This document shows positions 1 to 9,727 of a stretch of 64,000 bases of DNA, piece after piece. Positions within the stretch are counted from its first letter, which is position 1. Every line of letters begins with the position of its first letter. The DNA is taken from the NCBI GenBank assembly GCA_963836185.1, contig CAWIIQ010000001.1, positions 1,312,001 to 1,376,000 on the forward strand, written 5' to 3'. The notes beneath the pieces are model-generated. The model had not been told where the DNA came from, did no database searches, and saw only the letters and a list, made by a program, of their open reading frames with translations. The DNA comes from Candidatus Krumholzibacteriia bacterium (GTDB lineage Bacteria; Krumholzibacteriota; Krumholzibacteriia; Krumholzibacteriales; Krumholzibacteriaceae). A program made the translations under genes and the position numbers.

Positions 1-1350
1 CTTTCCTCTCATCTCCTCATCGCTGAATATCCTCATCTCGATCTCCTGACCATACTGGCCATGGCAGGTTCCGGTGATACGGCCGGGGTCAGGCTGCTCT
101 ACGCCTCGATGCTCGCCGTTCAGCCGGCGACAGTGATGATAGGCAAGATGGCCGATTTCCATAACATCAAGCGGGTGATGGACAGGATACACAACAGAAA
201 GAAAGCGCACGCTCCACTCAGCGATGCGGAAGAATGGTTCAGTAAAAAAGTCATGCTGCTGTCCATGGCGCAGAAGCTGCCCGATACCTCTGAATACGAT
301 GCCGAGAAGCCATGGCACTCGTGGAGCGAAGGAGTACGCAGGGCGCTGTCCGAAGCCGACGACAGGTGGGACGAGGCAGTCACCGAGAGGGCCAAGGCCG
401 AGGTAGAGGCTCTCGACATGAAGATAAGAAATATCGTTGCTTCTCTCGATCCGGACAGACGCGGCGCTGTCGCGATCTATCTCGGATCAATGTGTGAAGA
501 GAACAAGTTCAAGATGCAGGCGCTCGGTGAATCGATAGGCGATGGACGGTCGGACCCGCTGATACTCAGGCGCGGGCTGGAAAATATCTGGGAGAATACG
601 ATCACATCACTGCGTCAGAGCAGAGCGGGGAACCTGCTCGCCGACATGTTCGACGCCCAGGCACAGAAGACACACACGCTGCCGCAGCTCAAGGCGGGCG
701 CTTCGCTGCTGAGGTCCCTTAACATGCATCCTGAGATCAGAGGTGTCACCGGCAGTATCGACCTGCTCAGCTGTCTTTACCAGTTTATAACGAGCGCGGG
801 GGACGGTATTCTCGAGGTGATGGTGCCGAAAGGTACAAGACTCGACGCTATCCGGGATTCTTCGGGATTTACGTTCGAGGACGAGGTCCTTACGATAGAT
901 CTCGTGAGGATCTCACGTGGAACATTCGTAGACGATGATGGAATGCCGATCAATGTCGACTGGACGCTCGCTACGCTCGACAAGCAACTGAGCTACAAGA
1001 GCCTGGTACTTTCCTATATGGACAACGACAGCTTCCTGGTCGAACTGCTGAACAACCCCAAGGCCAGTTCCAAGCCTGGTGTCGTGGACCTTATCTCGAC
1101 GAGATGCCGGTCACTCAGGGTCCTCACTCTCATAGCGACCCGAAGGGATCTCTTTACAGGTTTTGCGAACAAGAACGTTCCTCTCAATCTTCTGATGAGT
1201 CCCTGCAAGATACCGCTGACTTCGCTTAGAAAGTTCGTCCATGTCAGGTATGTCGATAAGATGACCCTGGCGAAGCTCACCGGCCGCGGGGGCAATATCC
1301 GCGAGGAAGTCAGGCGGGAGATCACCCGATACCTCGAATCGTCCCATTGA
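1..1350 (+). CDS. Hypothetical protein, probably 5'-truncated by the window edge; helical C-terminal region
   Basis: Frame 1 is open from base 1 through the 429-aa ORF 61..1350; no family motif recognised. Confidence 0.6.
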   Translation, partial: LSSHLLIAEYPHLDLLTILAMAGSGDTAGVRLLYASMLAVQPATVMIGKMADFHNIKRVMDRIHNRKKAHAPLSDAEEWFSKKVMLLSMAQKLPDTSEYDAEKPWHSWSEGVRRALSEADDRWDEAVTERAKAEVEALDMKIRNIVASLDPDRRGAVAIYLGSMCEENKFKMQALGESIGDGRSDPLILRRGLENIWENTITSLRQSRAGNLLADMFDAQAQKTHTLPQLKAGASLLRSLNMHPEIRGVTGSIDLLSCLYQFITSAGDGILEVMVPKGTRLDAIRDSSGFTFEDEVLTIDLVRISRGTFVDDDGMPINVDWTLATLDKQLSYKSLVLSYMDNDSFLVELLNNPKASSKPGVVDLISTRCRSLRVLTLIATRRDLFTGFANKNVPLNLLMSPCKIPLTSLRKFVHVRYVDKMTLAKLTGRGGNIREEVRREITRYLESSH

Positions 1351-1356
1351 TCGACG

Positions 1357-2538
1357 CTATCTCCTGAATCTTTTCCGTATTTCTCCCCAGGAGCTTTTCC
1401 GCGTCCCTACCGTACCGCACTCGGCGCGGTAAGCCCCGATATGGCTGCAGAAGATCCCGTCAGAAGCATTCAACCACAGGCAGGGTGAATCTGCCTGAAG
1501 ATACCAGTTCCCTGAGCCGGGGAGGCCGCAGAACTGAGGGTCGATGATATGATTGTTGCCCGAATCGGTTCCGCCTTCCGGTATGGAATCGCCGCCTGCG
1601 TTCTTCCAGAATACACAGGTTTCTACATCTATCGCGGAGCTTTCCAGCAAGCTGAGCGCGCTGCCCAGGTGACTGAACGAAATGATTGAGCACTCGAGCC
1701 TGATGCTGGATCCATCCTGCAGATGAATGCCTCCGCCGTCGGGCGCGTCGTTTTCGGACAAGGTGCATTGTCTGATAGTAGCGGGTTTATCCTCGCTGAC
1801 GCTGATCCCACCTCCGCGGTTATCGGATCTGTTAGCGCATATGATCGATCTCTCGATCCTGAAGTCGTAGTTATGCGCCAGCAGTCCCCCTCCTCGATCT
1901 TCGGCAATGTTGTCCCGGATCACACAGTTTCTTAGTGTCCCAGTAGTGGAGCTGTTTACCAGGCAGATCCCACCGCCGTAGTAAGCGCTGTTATTGTGGA
2001 ATACGCAGTCCTCTATCACAGGGGCGCTGACTCCGCCATACCACAGGCCGCCGCCCTGCTGGGCCGAGTTGGCGGTGAAGACACAGTTTTTTATGACGGG
2101 AGAGGACAGGTGCCCGATCAGACCGCCGCCGGCATCGTAATTGTCCGGCGCGACGCCATTCACGAAGGTGAAGCCGTCTATAACGATATCGTTGTAACCC
2201 TGGATGAACATGATCCTTCCCTGATATTGCGCGTCGAGTACAGTCACATCGGGGCCGTTGGAGCTTCGAAGTGTGAATCCGCTGACATCACGCCCGAAAA
2301 AGATCATTCCATAATCATCGGTATGGCCCTGGCTCGACCATGTATATGTCCCGGGGGCGACGAGGATCTCATCGCCGGCCCCTGACGAGTCTATGGCAGC
2401 CTGTATCGTCGGCGCATCGCCGGTCCCAGCCGCGTTGACGTTCCAGGTACGGGCCATGGATGCATACGAGAGTGAAAGAACGAGGAGGGACGTAAGGGAA
2501 ATAAGGGAGAGCGCTCCTGCGGTGGTATTTATTCTCAT
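1357..2538 (-). CDS. Secreted right-handed parallel beta-helix repeat protein with C-terminal SWGEIRKRFR motif
   Basis: Signal peptide; 'APTIQAAID..GDEILVAPGTY' start; repeated 'NCVFxxNxAxxGGG' units; SD GGAGG upstream on the minus strand. Confidence 0.85.
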   Translation of the reverse strand: MRINTTAGALSLISLTSLLVLSLSYASMARTWNVNAAGTGDAPTIQAAIDSSGAGDEILVAPGTYTWSSQGHTDDYGMIFFGRDVSGFTLRSSNGPDVTVLDAQYQGRIMFIQGYNDIVIDGFTFVNGVAPDNYDAGGGLIGHLSSPVIKNCVFTANSAQQGGGLWYGGVSAPVIEDCVFHNNSAYYGGGICLVNSSTTGTLRNCVIRDNIAEDRGGGLLAHNYDFRIERSIICANRSDNRGGGISVSEDKPATIRQCTLSENDAPDGGGIHLQDGSSIRLECSIISFSHLGSALSLLESSAIDVETCVFWKNAGGDSIPEGGTDSGNNHIIDPQFCGLPGSGNWYLQADSPCLWLNASDGIFCSHIGAYRAECGTVGTRKSSWGEIRKRFRR

Positions 2539-2561
2539 CTGGCCTCCTTGCCTATAGCTTA

Positions 2562-2584
2562 TTGATTGTAATGGTTATAATCAA
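2562..2584. promoter_or_regulatory. Imperfect palindrome (operator-like) in a divergent promoter region
   Basis: TTGATTGTAA-tgg-TTATAATCAA (10-bp arms, 1 mismatch); TTGACA at about 2630 downstream. Confidence 0.4.
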
Positions 2585-2725
2585 GGGGTGTTCCTTGACG
2601 GGAAATGTATATTTATTGTCCTGCTGATGTTGACAAACGGAACCATGATACCTAATATCCGTATGTTATATCAGGAGCAATGGCGTATTCACGAAGATGG
2701 GGACCGATTCCATACAGGAGGAGTA

Positions 2726-3877
2726 ATGCTTGCTGAAAGAATGAGCAGGTTGGGGACCGAGACAGCGTTCGAGGTTCTGGCCCGTGCGAAGGCGATGGAA
2801 GCACAGGGACGCGATGTCGTTCATCTCGAGATCGGCGAGCCCGATTTCGATACCCCCGCGAATATTCGGGAAGCTGCAAAGAAGGCGATAGATGAAGGGT
2901 TCACGCATTACGGTCCATCCGCGGGCATGCTGAATGTCAGAGAGGCTTTTGCCGAGTTCCTTACGAAGGATCGCGGAATCGAGGTCAAGCCCGAAAACAT
3001 CGTCGTTACACCCGGCGCGAAGCCGATACTCTTCTTCACGATCCTCGCCCTGGTAGACAAGGGTGACGAGGTCGTCTATCCCAACCCGGGATTTCCGATC
3101 TACGAGTCAGTCATCAACTTCGTTGGTGCGAAGCCGGTTCCTGTTCCGCTGAGGGAGGAGAAAGCGTTCTCCTTCGATCTCGACGAGATGCGCTCCCTTG
3201 TCAATGACAAGACAAAGCTGATCATCATCAATTCTCCCCAGAATCCTACAGGCGGAGTCCTTACTTCAGAGGATATGAAGGGAATCGCCGAACTCGCGGA
3301 GAAGCATGACGCATACATCCTCAGCGATGAGGTCTACAGCAAGATGGTATACGAGGGCAAGCATGTCAGCATTTACGATTATCCCGAGGTGCGCGACAGA
3401 GTGATCCTCCTCGAGGGCCACTCGAAGACGTATGCCATGACAGGCTGGAGACTCGGTTATGCCTCGATGAATCCCGAACTGGCGGCGCAGATCTCGAAGA
3501 TCCAGACGAACAGCAACTCGTGCACGGCTGCTTTTACACAGATCGCAGGTGTAGAGGCTCTCACTGGCCCGCAGGACGAGTCTCTCAAGATGATGGCCGA
3601 GTTCAAGGCGAGAAGGGACCTGATCGTCGACGGTCTTAACGACCTTCCCGGGTTCTCATGCCTGAGTCCTAAGGGTGCTTTCTACGTATTTCCGAACATC
3701 ACGGGAACGGGCCGCAAATCGAAGGAACTCGAGGAGTTCCTGCTCGAGGAAGCCGGAGTGGCCGGCCTGAGCGGTACGAGTTTCGGCAAGTATGGCGAGG
3801 GATACCTGAGATTCTCGTACGCCAACTCGCAGGAAAACCTGAGGAAAGCCCTGGATATGATCAGGAAGGTCCTCTAA
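2726..3877 (+). CDS. PLP-dependent class I/II aminotransferase (aspartate aminotransferase-like)
   Basis: GEPDF, NSPQNPTG, SDEVY and SKTYAMTGWRLG (PLP lysine) motifs; SD GGAGGAG before ATG 2726. Confidence 0.93.
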   Translation: MLAERMSRLGTETAFEVLARAKAMEAQGRDVVHLEIGEPDFDTPANIREAAKKAIDEGFTHYGPSAGMLNVREAFAEFLTKDRGIEVKPENIVVTPGAKPILFFTILALVDKGDEVVYPNPGFPIYESVINFVGAKPVPVPLREEKAFSFDLDEMRSLVNDKTKLIIINSPQNPTGGVLTSEDMKGIAELAEKHDAYILSDEVYSKMVYEGKHVSIYDYPEVRDRVILLEGHSKTYAMTGWRLGYASMNPELAAQISKIQTNSNSCTAAFTQIAGVEALTGPQDESLKMMAEFKARRDLIVDGLNDLPGFSCLSPKGAFYVFPNITGTGRKSKELEEFLLEEAGVAGLSGTSFGKYGEGYLRFSYANSQENLRKALDMIRKVL

Positions 3878-3951
3878 GATAAGCAGATGATAACATCGAG
3901 TACCCCTGGCGGAGATATCTTCGCCGGGGGTATCGTTTCCGGAGGTAATCC

Positions 3952-4905
3952 TTGGCTGGTGAAATAGATGTGGTGGCCCTCGGAGGGAACGCGATAATCC
4001 CTTCCGGCGGAACGGGGACGATAGAAGAACAGAGAGAAGTCACGATACGCTCGATGGAGCATGTGGCCGACCTTATCCAGTCGGGCAGAAAAGTGATAAT
4101 CACTCATGGGAACGGACCGATAGTCGGGAACATACTCGAGAGGAACGAGGCGGCCAAGGACAGGATACCTCCGATGCCGCTCGACATCTGCGGGGCCGAC
4201 TCCCAGGGCGGGATCGGATACATGATCCAGCAGATCCTCGGCAATGTCCTCAGGAGCCGCAAGATCGACAAGCCCGTCGTCTCGATCGTATCTCAGGTGG
4301 TCGTCTCGGAAGAAGACGATGCCTTTCAGGACCCGACCAAGCCCATAGGCCCATACTATTCCCAGGACGAATCGAAAGAGCTGGAGAAGTCGAAGGGCTG
4401 GATCATGAAGGAAGACGCGGGAGGCAGGGGATACCGTCGCGTTGTGCCGAGCCCGACGCCGAAGGACATCGTCGAAGCCGATGTCATCTCGCATCTGCTC
4501 TCCAGGGGCGCTGTTGTCATCGCGGTAGGCGGCGGCGGGATACCGGTCGTGTTCAGGGACGGAAGGCTCGAGGGTGTCGAGGCCGTCATAGACAAGGACA
4601 GGGCAGCGTCCGCGCTCGCGACAGGTATCGGTGCTGAGAATCTGATAATCCTCACAAATGTCGAACAGGTATATACCGATTTTGGCAAACCGGAACAGCT
4701 GGGGCTCGGCAGGATCGAGGTCTCCGAGATACGGAAGATGTACGAGGCCTACGAGTTCCCCGCGGGCAGCATGGGGCCGAAGATCAGGGCCGCCATCGAT
4801 TTCGTGGAGGCAGGTGGACAGTCGGCGATCATCACCCATTCTGCCACCCTCAGGGAAGCTGTGGAGGGGAAAGTCGGCACCCATATAGTTCCGGACGGAA
4901 CCTGA
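3952..4905 (+). CDS. arcC: Carbamate kinase
   Basis: VALGGNAI, THGNGP, DPTKPIGP, RRVVPSP, GGGGIPV, EAVIDKD and GSMGPK motifs; SD GGAGG before TTG start. Confidence 0.95.
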   Translation: MAGEIDVVALGGNAIIPSGGTGTIEEQREVTIRSMEHVADLIQSGRKVIITHGNGPIVGNILERNEAAKDRIPPMPLDICGADSQGGIGYMIQQILGNVLRSRKIDKPVVSIVSQVVVSEEDDAFQDPTKPIGPYYSQDESKELEKSKGWIMKEDAGGRGYRRVVPSPTPKDIVEADVISHLLSRGAVVIAVGGGGIPVVFRDGRLEGVEAVIDKDRAASALATGIGAENLIILTNVEQVYTDFGKPEQLGLGRIEVSEIRKMYEAYEFPAGSMGPKIRAAIDFVEAGGQSAIITHSATLREAVEGKVGTHIVPDGT

Positions 4906-4917
4906 TCCCGGCTTCAG

Positions 4918-6180
4918 GTGATAATGGACCCGATCATACTTCCTTATGGAGATTCGAAGATCCCGGTTCCCTTTACGGGAGAGATCTCCGCATGCGCGTT
5001 TCCCGAGCCCCTTCCTGATATATCAAGTTCGGTAGAACAGGCGCTCGATGAGCCCGCGGGGTGCGGGCCTCTCTCGGATCTGATACCCGGCTCGGAAAGG
5101 GTCGCCGTACTCGTTTCAGATCTTACCAGGGGAAGGACAGCAGCGGCAATACTTGTTCCCGCCTTGGAATATCTCGAGAGGAATGGAGCGGGGCCTGAAC
5201 GCACCACCATATATATTGCAAGCGGTATGCACCGCGGCCAGTCCGCAGCCGAGATAGAAGACCAGCTTGGAGCTTCGGTCGCCGGCAGGTACAGGATCGT
5301 CCAGCATGATGCCCGCGACAGATCATCCCTTGTCGAGGCCGGCACGACATCGTCCGGAACCCGGTGCCTCTTTAACAGGGATGTCGCACGGTCAGGTCTT
5401 GTTGTAGGCGCCGGCGCTGTGTCGTTCCATTACTTCGCAGGTTACGGCGGCGGTAGAAAACTTATACTGCCTGGGATCTCGGGTGAAGAGACGATCATGG
5501 CCAATCACAGGCTGTCATTGAGGGCGGATCCCGCTGAAGGGCTGTCGCATGGCTGTAAGCCGGGTCTTCTCGACGGAAATCCCGTACATGAGGATATGAT
5601 CGAAGGGGCATCGCTGATGGCCGCGCCGGTATTCATGGTATGCGCGGTAGTCGGGGCGGGAGGGGAGCCGGCCTTTGTCAGCGCCGGCGATATGGACCTT
5701 TCGCATCGCATCGCCGCGGCAAAGCTGCGGAAGGCATACGCCCTTTCTCCCGGCAGACGCAGGAGGGTAGTCGTCGCTTCGGCAGGAGGATCGCCCGGGG
5801 ACATCAACCTGCTGCAGGCCCACAAAGCGATCAGACATGCCTCGCTCGCCGTGGCTGACGGAGGTCTTCTGCTTATGGCGGCCGCCTGCAGTGAGGGTGT
5901 CGGTTCGGATTCGCTCGAGGAGGATTTCTCGGGAGGAAGGGAAAGTGTTTTGTCGAGGGTATCAGAAAGATATACGTTGAACTCCCAGGCATCGATGTCG
6001 ATTCACGAGATCACGGGGAGAATAGAAGTCAGGCTTCTCTCTGAATTTCCCGATGGCGCCCTCGAGAAGTTCGGTTTCGGTTCCTGGAATGCCGAGGATA
6101 CGCTTTCTCTGCTCAAGGGGATCCCGGAAAGAGAGATACTTGCCGTTCCGCATGCCGCTTCATTTCTGCCTGTCGATTAA
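4918..6180 (+). CDS. LarA-family nickel-pincer-dependent racemase/epimerase
   Basis: SDLTR, ASGMHR, QHDA, FHYFAGYGGGRKLILPG, NPVHEDM, DINLLQAHK and CSEGVG motifs. Confidence 0.88.
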   Translation: MIMDPIILPYGDSKIPVPFTGEISACAFPEPLPDISSSVEQALDEPAGCGPLSDLIPGSERVAVLVSDLTRGRTAAAILVPALEYLERNGAGPERTTIYIASGMHRGQSAAEIEDQLGASVAGRYRIVQHDARDRSSLVEAGTTSSGTRCLFNRDVARSGLVVGAGAVSFHYFAGYGGGRKLILPGISGEETIMANHRLSLRADPAEGLSHGCKPGLLDGNPVHEDMIEGASLMAAPVFMVCAVVGAGGEPAFVSAGDMDLSHRIAAAKLRKAYALSPGRRRRVVVASAGGSPGDINLLQAHKAIRHASLAVADGGLLLMAAACSEGVGSDSLEEDFSGGRESVLSRVSERYTLNSQASMSIHEITGRIEVRLLSEFPDGALEKFGFGSWNAEDTLSLLKGIPEREILAVPHAASFLPVD

Positions 6181-6264
6181 ACGGAAATCTCTTCACAGTG
6201 ACCGCTGCAGTGTGTAATATATCACTCGTACTGTAAGGTATTCAAAAGTGTCCGGGAGGTAGAG

Positions 6265-7479
6265 ATGTCCGATAAGAAAAGCAGCCTTTCGCGAAGGGAT
6301 TTCATGACGGCAACCGCAGCCGGTATCGTCGGAGCGGGACTGGCCTCGCTTCCGGGCGGGAAGGCAGCGGCTGGGGAGGAGAAGAAGGCTGGCGGAAAAC
6401 TGATCACGAGAAAGCTCGGAAGGACCGGCCTCGAGCTCCCGATCGTAAGCATGGGAGCCCTCAATATCGACAGCCCAGGTATCCTCAAGGCCGCGTACGA
6501 CAAGGGCGTGCGGCACATCGATACCGCTTCGGGTTATCATTCGGGCCGTAACGAGGAGATCGTCGGCGAGATAATCAAGAAAGAAGGAATCAGGAAAGAT
6601 ATAGTCCTCGGCACGAAGATCTTCGTACCGAACCAGAGGAAGGGACTCGATCCCGACAAGGTCCCCGCCAGGATGATGAAATACACCGACGACAGCCTCG
6701 AGCGGCTGCAGATGGATTATGTAGACATCATGTACATACATGTCGTCAAGAGCGCCGACGAGATCAACGACGAGGCGATGATCGAGGGTATGAGGCAGAT
6801 CAAGAAGTCCGGCAAGGCGAGGTTCGTCGGGGTATCGACCCACGAGAACATGGCCGAGGTCCTCAATGCCGTAGTGGCAGGCGGTTTCTACGATGTCGTT
6901 CTTCATACGATAAACTTCACGCTCGCCGATGACGAGGAATTCATCAAGGCTGTTAAGAACGCCCACGCGAAGGGTGTAGGCCTGATCGCGATGAAGACCC
7001 AGGCAGGCGGCAAGCTGATAAAGGACGACGAGGAAGCGCTGAAGACTTACTCAGAGGGAACGATCGCCGCGGCAGCGCTGAAGTGGGCTCTTTCTCACGA
7101 AGAGATCACTACGGCGATACCGAGCTTCAAGACCTTCGAGATCATGGAGCAGGATGTCGCCATAGGGATGGACCTTGCTCTAAGCGCTGACGAAAAGAAG
7201 TTCCTTTCCGAGAAGCTCGATACGCTCAAGACCGGGATGGGGTTCTGTCGACAGTGCCATATATGCAGCAGCACCTGTCCCCGGGGAACGGACGTCGCCT
7301 CACTGATGAGGACACACATGTACGCTGCCCGGTATTCCGATTTCCGCATGGCCCGGACGACGATCGACCAGACCGCAGGTATCTCGGGCTGTGTCGAGTG
7401 TGGATCGTGCAGCGCGAGATGCGCGCACGGCGTGGATATCGCCAGGAATATCGAGGATCTGAAGCTGATCTACGCCTAG
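6265..7479 (+). CDS. Tat-signal aldo/keto reductase with C-terminal 2[4Fe-4S] domain (paralog 1)
   Basis: SRRDFM Tat motif; RKLGRTG, IDTASGY, TKI and YIH; CRQCHICSSTCP...CVECGSCSARC. Confidence 0.9.
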   Translation: MSDKKSSLSRRDFMTATAAGIVGAGLASLPGGKAAAGEEKKAGGKLITRKLGRTGLELPIVSMGALNIDSPGILKAAYDKGVRHIDTASGYHSGRNEEIVGEIIKKEGIRKDIVLGTKIFVPNQRKGLDPDKVPARMMKYTDDSLERLQMDYVDIMYIHVVKSADEINDEAMIEGMRQIKKSGKARFVGVSTHENMAEVLNAVVAGGFYDVVLHTINFTLADDEEFIKAVKNAHAKGVGLIAMKTQAGGKLIKDDEEALKTYSEGTIAAAALKWALSHEEITTAIPSFKTFEIMEQDVAIGMDLALSADEKKFLSEKLDTLKTGMGFCRQCHICSSTCPRGTDVASLMRTHMYAARYSDFRMARTTIDQTAGISGCVECGSCSARCAHGVDIARNIEDLKLIYA

Positions 7480-7500
7480 AGGAACCCGAAGAATGTGATC

Positions 7501-7537
7501 ACAGACGGCCGGTGTCCAGCCCTGGCCGTCTGTTTCT
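7501..7537. terminator. Hairpin between convergent genes (probable bidirectional terminator)
   Basis: ACAGACGGCC...GGCCGTCTGT stem followed by TTCT. Confidence 0.55.
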
Positions 7538-8312
7538 ATATATTCATCCTGAGGGAGAGGCAGGAGAGTCCGCCGTCCATCTTCTGGAACTCAGTCATGT
7601 CTACTTCTACGATCTCCAGCCCTTTTTTTTTGAGCTTCTCCCGGGTTACAGGGAATCCGGCGGGAAAGAGTATCCGGCCGTTGATCTCTATACTGTTCGC
7701 GCAATACTCTTCCCCTTCGGCGACAGTGATTGTATCGAGCCCGGTGAACTCATCTCTGCCCGCCATAGATCCGTCGGCAAGCAAGGTGCCGTTTCCCATG
7801 TAGCTGACGCCCGATTTCAGGTGGAGGCCGCAGGCGACAGGAACAGTCCCGCACTTGAATCCGTCCTTCTCAAAGATCTCACTGAGCTGTCTGGCGCCTG
7901 CTTCATCGGTCCTGTCCGAAAGACCGATGAGGATCCGGTCATCGATCTCGAGAACGTCACCTCCGTCTATCCTCCCCGGTGGTTCGATCCTGTCGACCTC
8001 GAAGTAACGGGAAAGGACCGGTTCGATAAGGGCGGCCTCGCCGAGGCGTGAAGGATGCCCGGGTCTCGTGATCACGGCGCGGCTGCCTGCGATCACGGCC
8101 GGGTCCTCGATAAATGTGGAGTCGGGGTAATCTTCGATGGCATCGAGAAGTATGACTTCTATTCCGCAAGAGCGCAGCGCCTCGCAGTAAGCCGCGTGCT
8201 GCTGTACGGCCAGATCCATATCGGGGCTGCCGAGGCCGGCTCCGGTGAGCCCCTGGCCGAGCGACATGGCCGGCCGCCTCGCTACAGCTTTCGTAAATAC
8301 TCCACTTTTCAA
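7536..8312 (-). CDS. Dimethylarginine dimethylaminohydrolase (DDAH)/amidinotransferase-family protein
   Basis: PDSTFIEDPAV, SRLGE, DGGDVL, LHLKSG and MDGGLSCLS (Asp/His/Cys catalytic residues); SD GGAGG before TTG. Confidence 0.9.
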   Translation of the reverse strand: MKSGVFTKAVARRPAMSLGQGLTGAGLGSPDMDLAVQQHAAYCEALRSCGIEVILLDAIEDYPDSTFIEDPAVIAGSRAVITRPGHPSRLGEAALIEPVLSRYFEVDRIEPPGRIDGGDVLEIDDRILIGLSDRTDEAGARQLSEIFEKDGFKCGTVPVACGLHLKSGVSYMGNGTLLADGSMAGRDEFTGLDTITVAEGEEYCANSIEINGRILFPAGFPVTREKLKKKGLEIVEVDMTEFQKMDGGLSCLSLRMNI

Positions 8313-8412
8313 GAGTTACCTCCGTCAGTATTTTGCGTAAACTTAGTTACGATTATGATGTATACTCAAATACAGGGTAGTTTCAAGTACTCATTAGGCC
8401 AGGGAGGCGATC

Positions 8413-9627
8413 ATGGAAAGGAAGAAGGGCGGCCTGACCAGGCGGGGATTCATAACGGCAGCGGCGGGAGGACTCGTCGGAGCCGGAATCGCGGGGCTTA
8501 CTCATGCCGGCCCGGCCAGCGACAATAAGGAAGAGAAGAAAGGGAAGATCATCACTCGCAAACTCGGCAGGACGGGGATCGAGATCCCCGTCGTGAGCAT
8601 GGGCGTGATGAACGCGAATAATCCCGAGGTCGTCAGAGCGTCTTATGATCTGGGCGTCAGGCATTTCGACACCGCCGCCTATTACCAGGGCGGCAAGAAT
8701 GAGCGTATGGTCGGCGAGGTCATCAAAGAGCTAGGCGTAAGGGACGATGTCATCATCGCGACAAAGATATACACGCCGAACATGAGGGTGGGAGATACCG
8801 CTGATGAGACGCGCAAGAAGATACGCGTGCAGGTAGACGAATGCCTCAACAGACTTCAGATGAATCATGTCGATATCCTGTATGTACATGTCGTCGATTC
8901 CGCGGATTTCGCCATGAACGAAGCGGTCCACGAAGCGATGGAAGAGGCGCGCAAGAGCGGCAGGACGAGGTTCACAGGTCTATCAACGCACAAGAATATG
9001 AGCGAAGTGATCAATGCGGTCACTGAATCGGGATGGTACGACGTTGTACTGACCGCGATAAACATGACGCTGGCCGATGACAGCAAGCTGCTCGACTCGA
9101 TTGAGAAGGCGGCCGCGAAGGGAGTGGGGATCGTCGCGATGAAGACACAGGTCGGCGGCAGGCGTTTCCAGCTGCCGGAAGGGATCGCCGACTACGACAG
9201 CACGACGATAAACCAGGCCGCCCTCAAGTGGGTGATGAGAAACGAGAACATCACCACGTCGATTCCGGGGTATACGACATTCGAGCATATGAAGGAAGAT
9301 TTTGATATTGCATATGATCTCGAGTACAGCGAGAAGGAAAAATGTCTCCTCGGAGATTGCAAGCTCAAGGTCGGGATGGGATACTGCAGGCAGTGCGATC
9401 TCTGCCTCGGCGACTGTCCGGCCGGGGTCGATGTCCCGACTCTTATGAGGACGCATATGTACGCGTCGCAGTACGCCAATTTCCATCATGCCAGGGCGAC
9501 TCTTGATGAGATAGAGAATGGCAGGGGCCTCGACGGGTGCTCGGGCTGCGGCGCCTGCACCGTCCGGTGCCCGCATTCGGTCGATGTCGCGGCGAAGATA
9601 GAGGAACTCAAGCTCATCTACGCGTGA
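8413..9627 (+). CDS. Tat-signal aldo/keto reductase with C-terminal 2[4Fe-4S] domain (paralog 2)
   Basis: TRRGFI Tat motif; FDTAAYY; CRQCDLCLGDCP...CSGCGACTVRC; colinear with 6265..7479, both 404 aa and ending LKLIYA. Confidence 0.9.
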   Translation: MERKKGGLTRRGFITAAAGGLVGAGIAGLTHAGPASDNKEEKKGKIITRKLGRTGIEIPVVSMGVMNANNPEVVRASYDLGVRHFDTAAYYQGGKNERMVGEVIKELGVRDDVIIATKIYTPNMRVGDTADETRKKIRVQVDECLNRLQMNHVDILYVHVVDSADFAMNEAVHEAMEEARKSGRTRFTGLSTHKNMSEVINAVTESGWYDVVLTAINMTLADDSKLLDSIEKAAAKGVGIVAMKTQVGGRRFQLPEGIADYDSTTINQAALKWVMRNENITTSIPGYTTFEHMKEDFDIAYDLEYSEKEKCLLGDCKLKVGMGYCRQCDLCLGDCPAGVDVPTLMRTHMYASQYANFHHARATLDEIENGRGLDGCSGCGACTVRCPHSVDVAAKIEELKLIYA

Positions 9628-9727
9628 CGCCCGGGCAGATTTATGATAACTTCCTTTTCCGGCGCACCTCGCCGCGCCGGATCCAGTAAGCAACTGTGTA
9701 TCCGTATGAGATAAGGAGAATGCAGGG

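Noticed and set aside
3874-4884. Long antisense ORFs (also 16415-17419, 30112-31188, 43032-44033, 61492-62589, 63081-63896)
   Set aside because: Shadows of real genes in GC-rich DNA, with no motifs.
9628-9637. CGCCCGGGCA upstream of purD as a ZMP/ZTP riboswitch 3' element
   Set aside because: The 5' aptamer elements and the pairing arm are absent, and that space is occupied by coding sequence.
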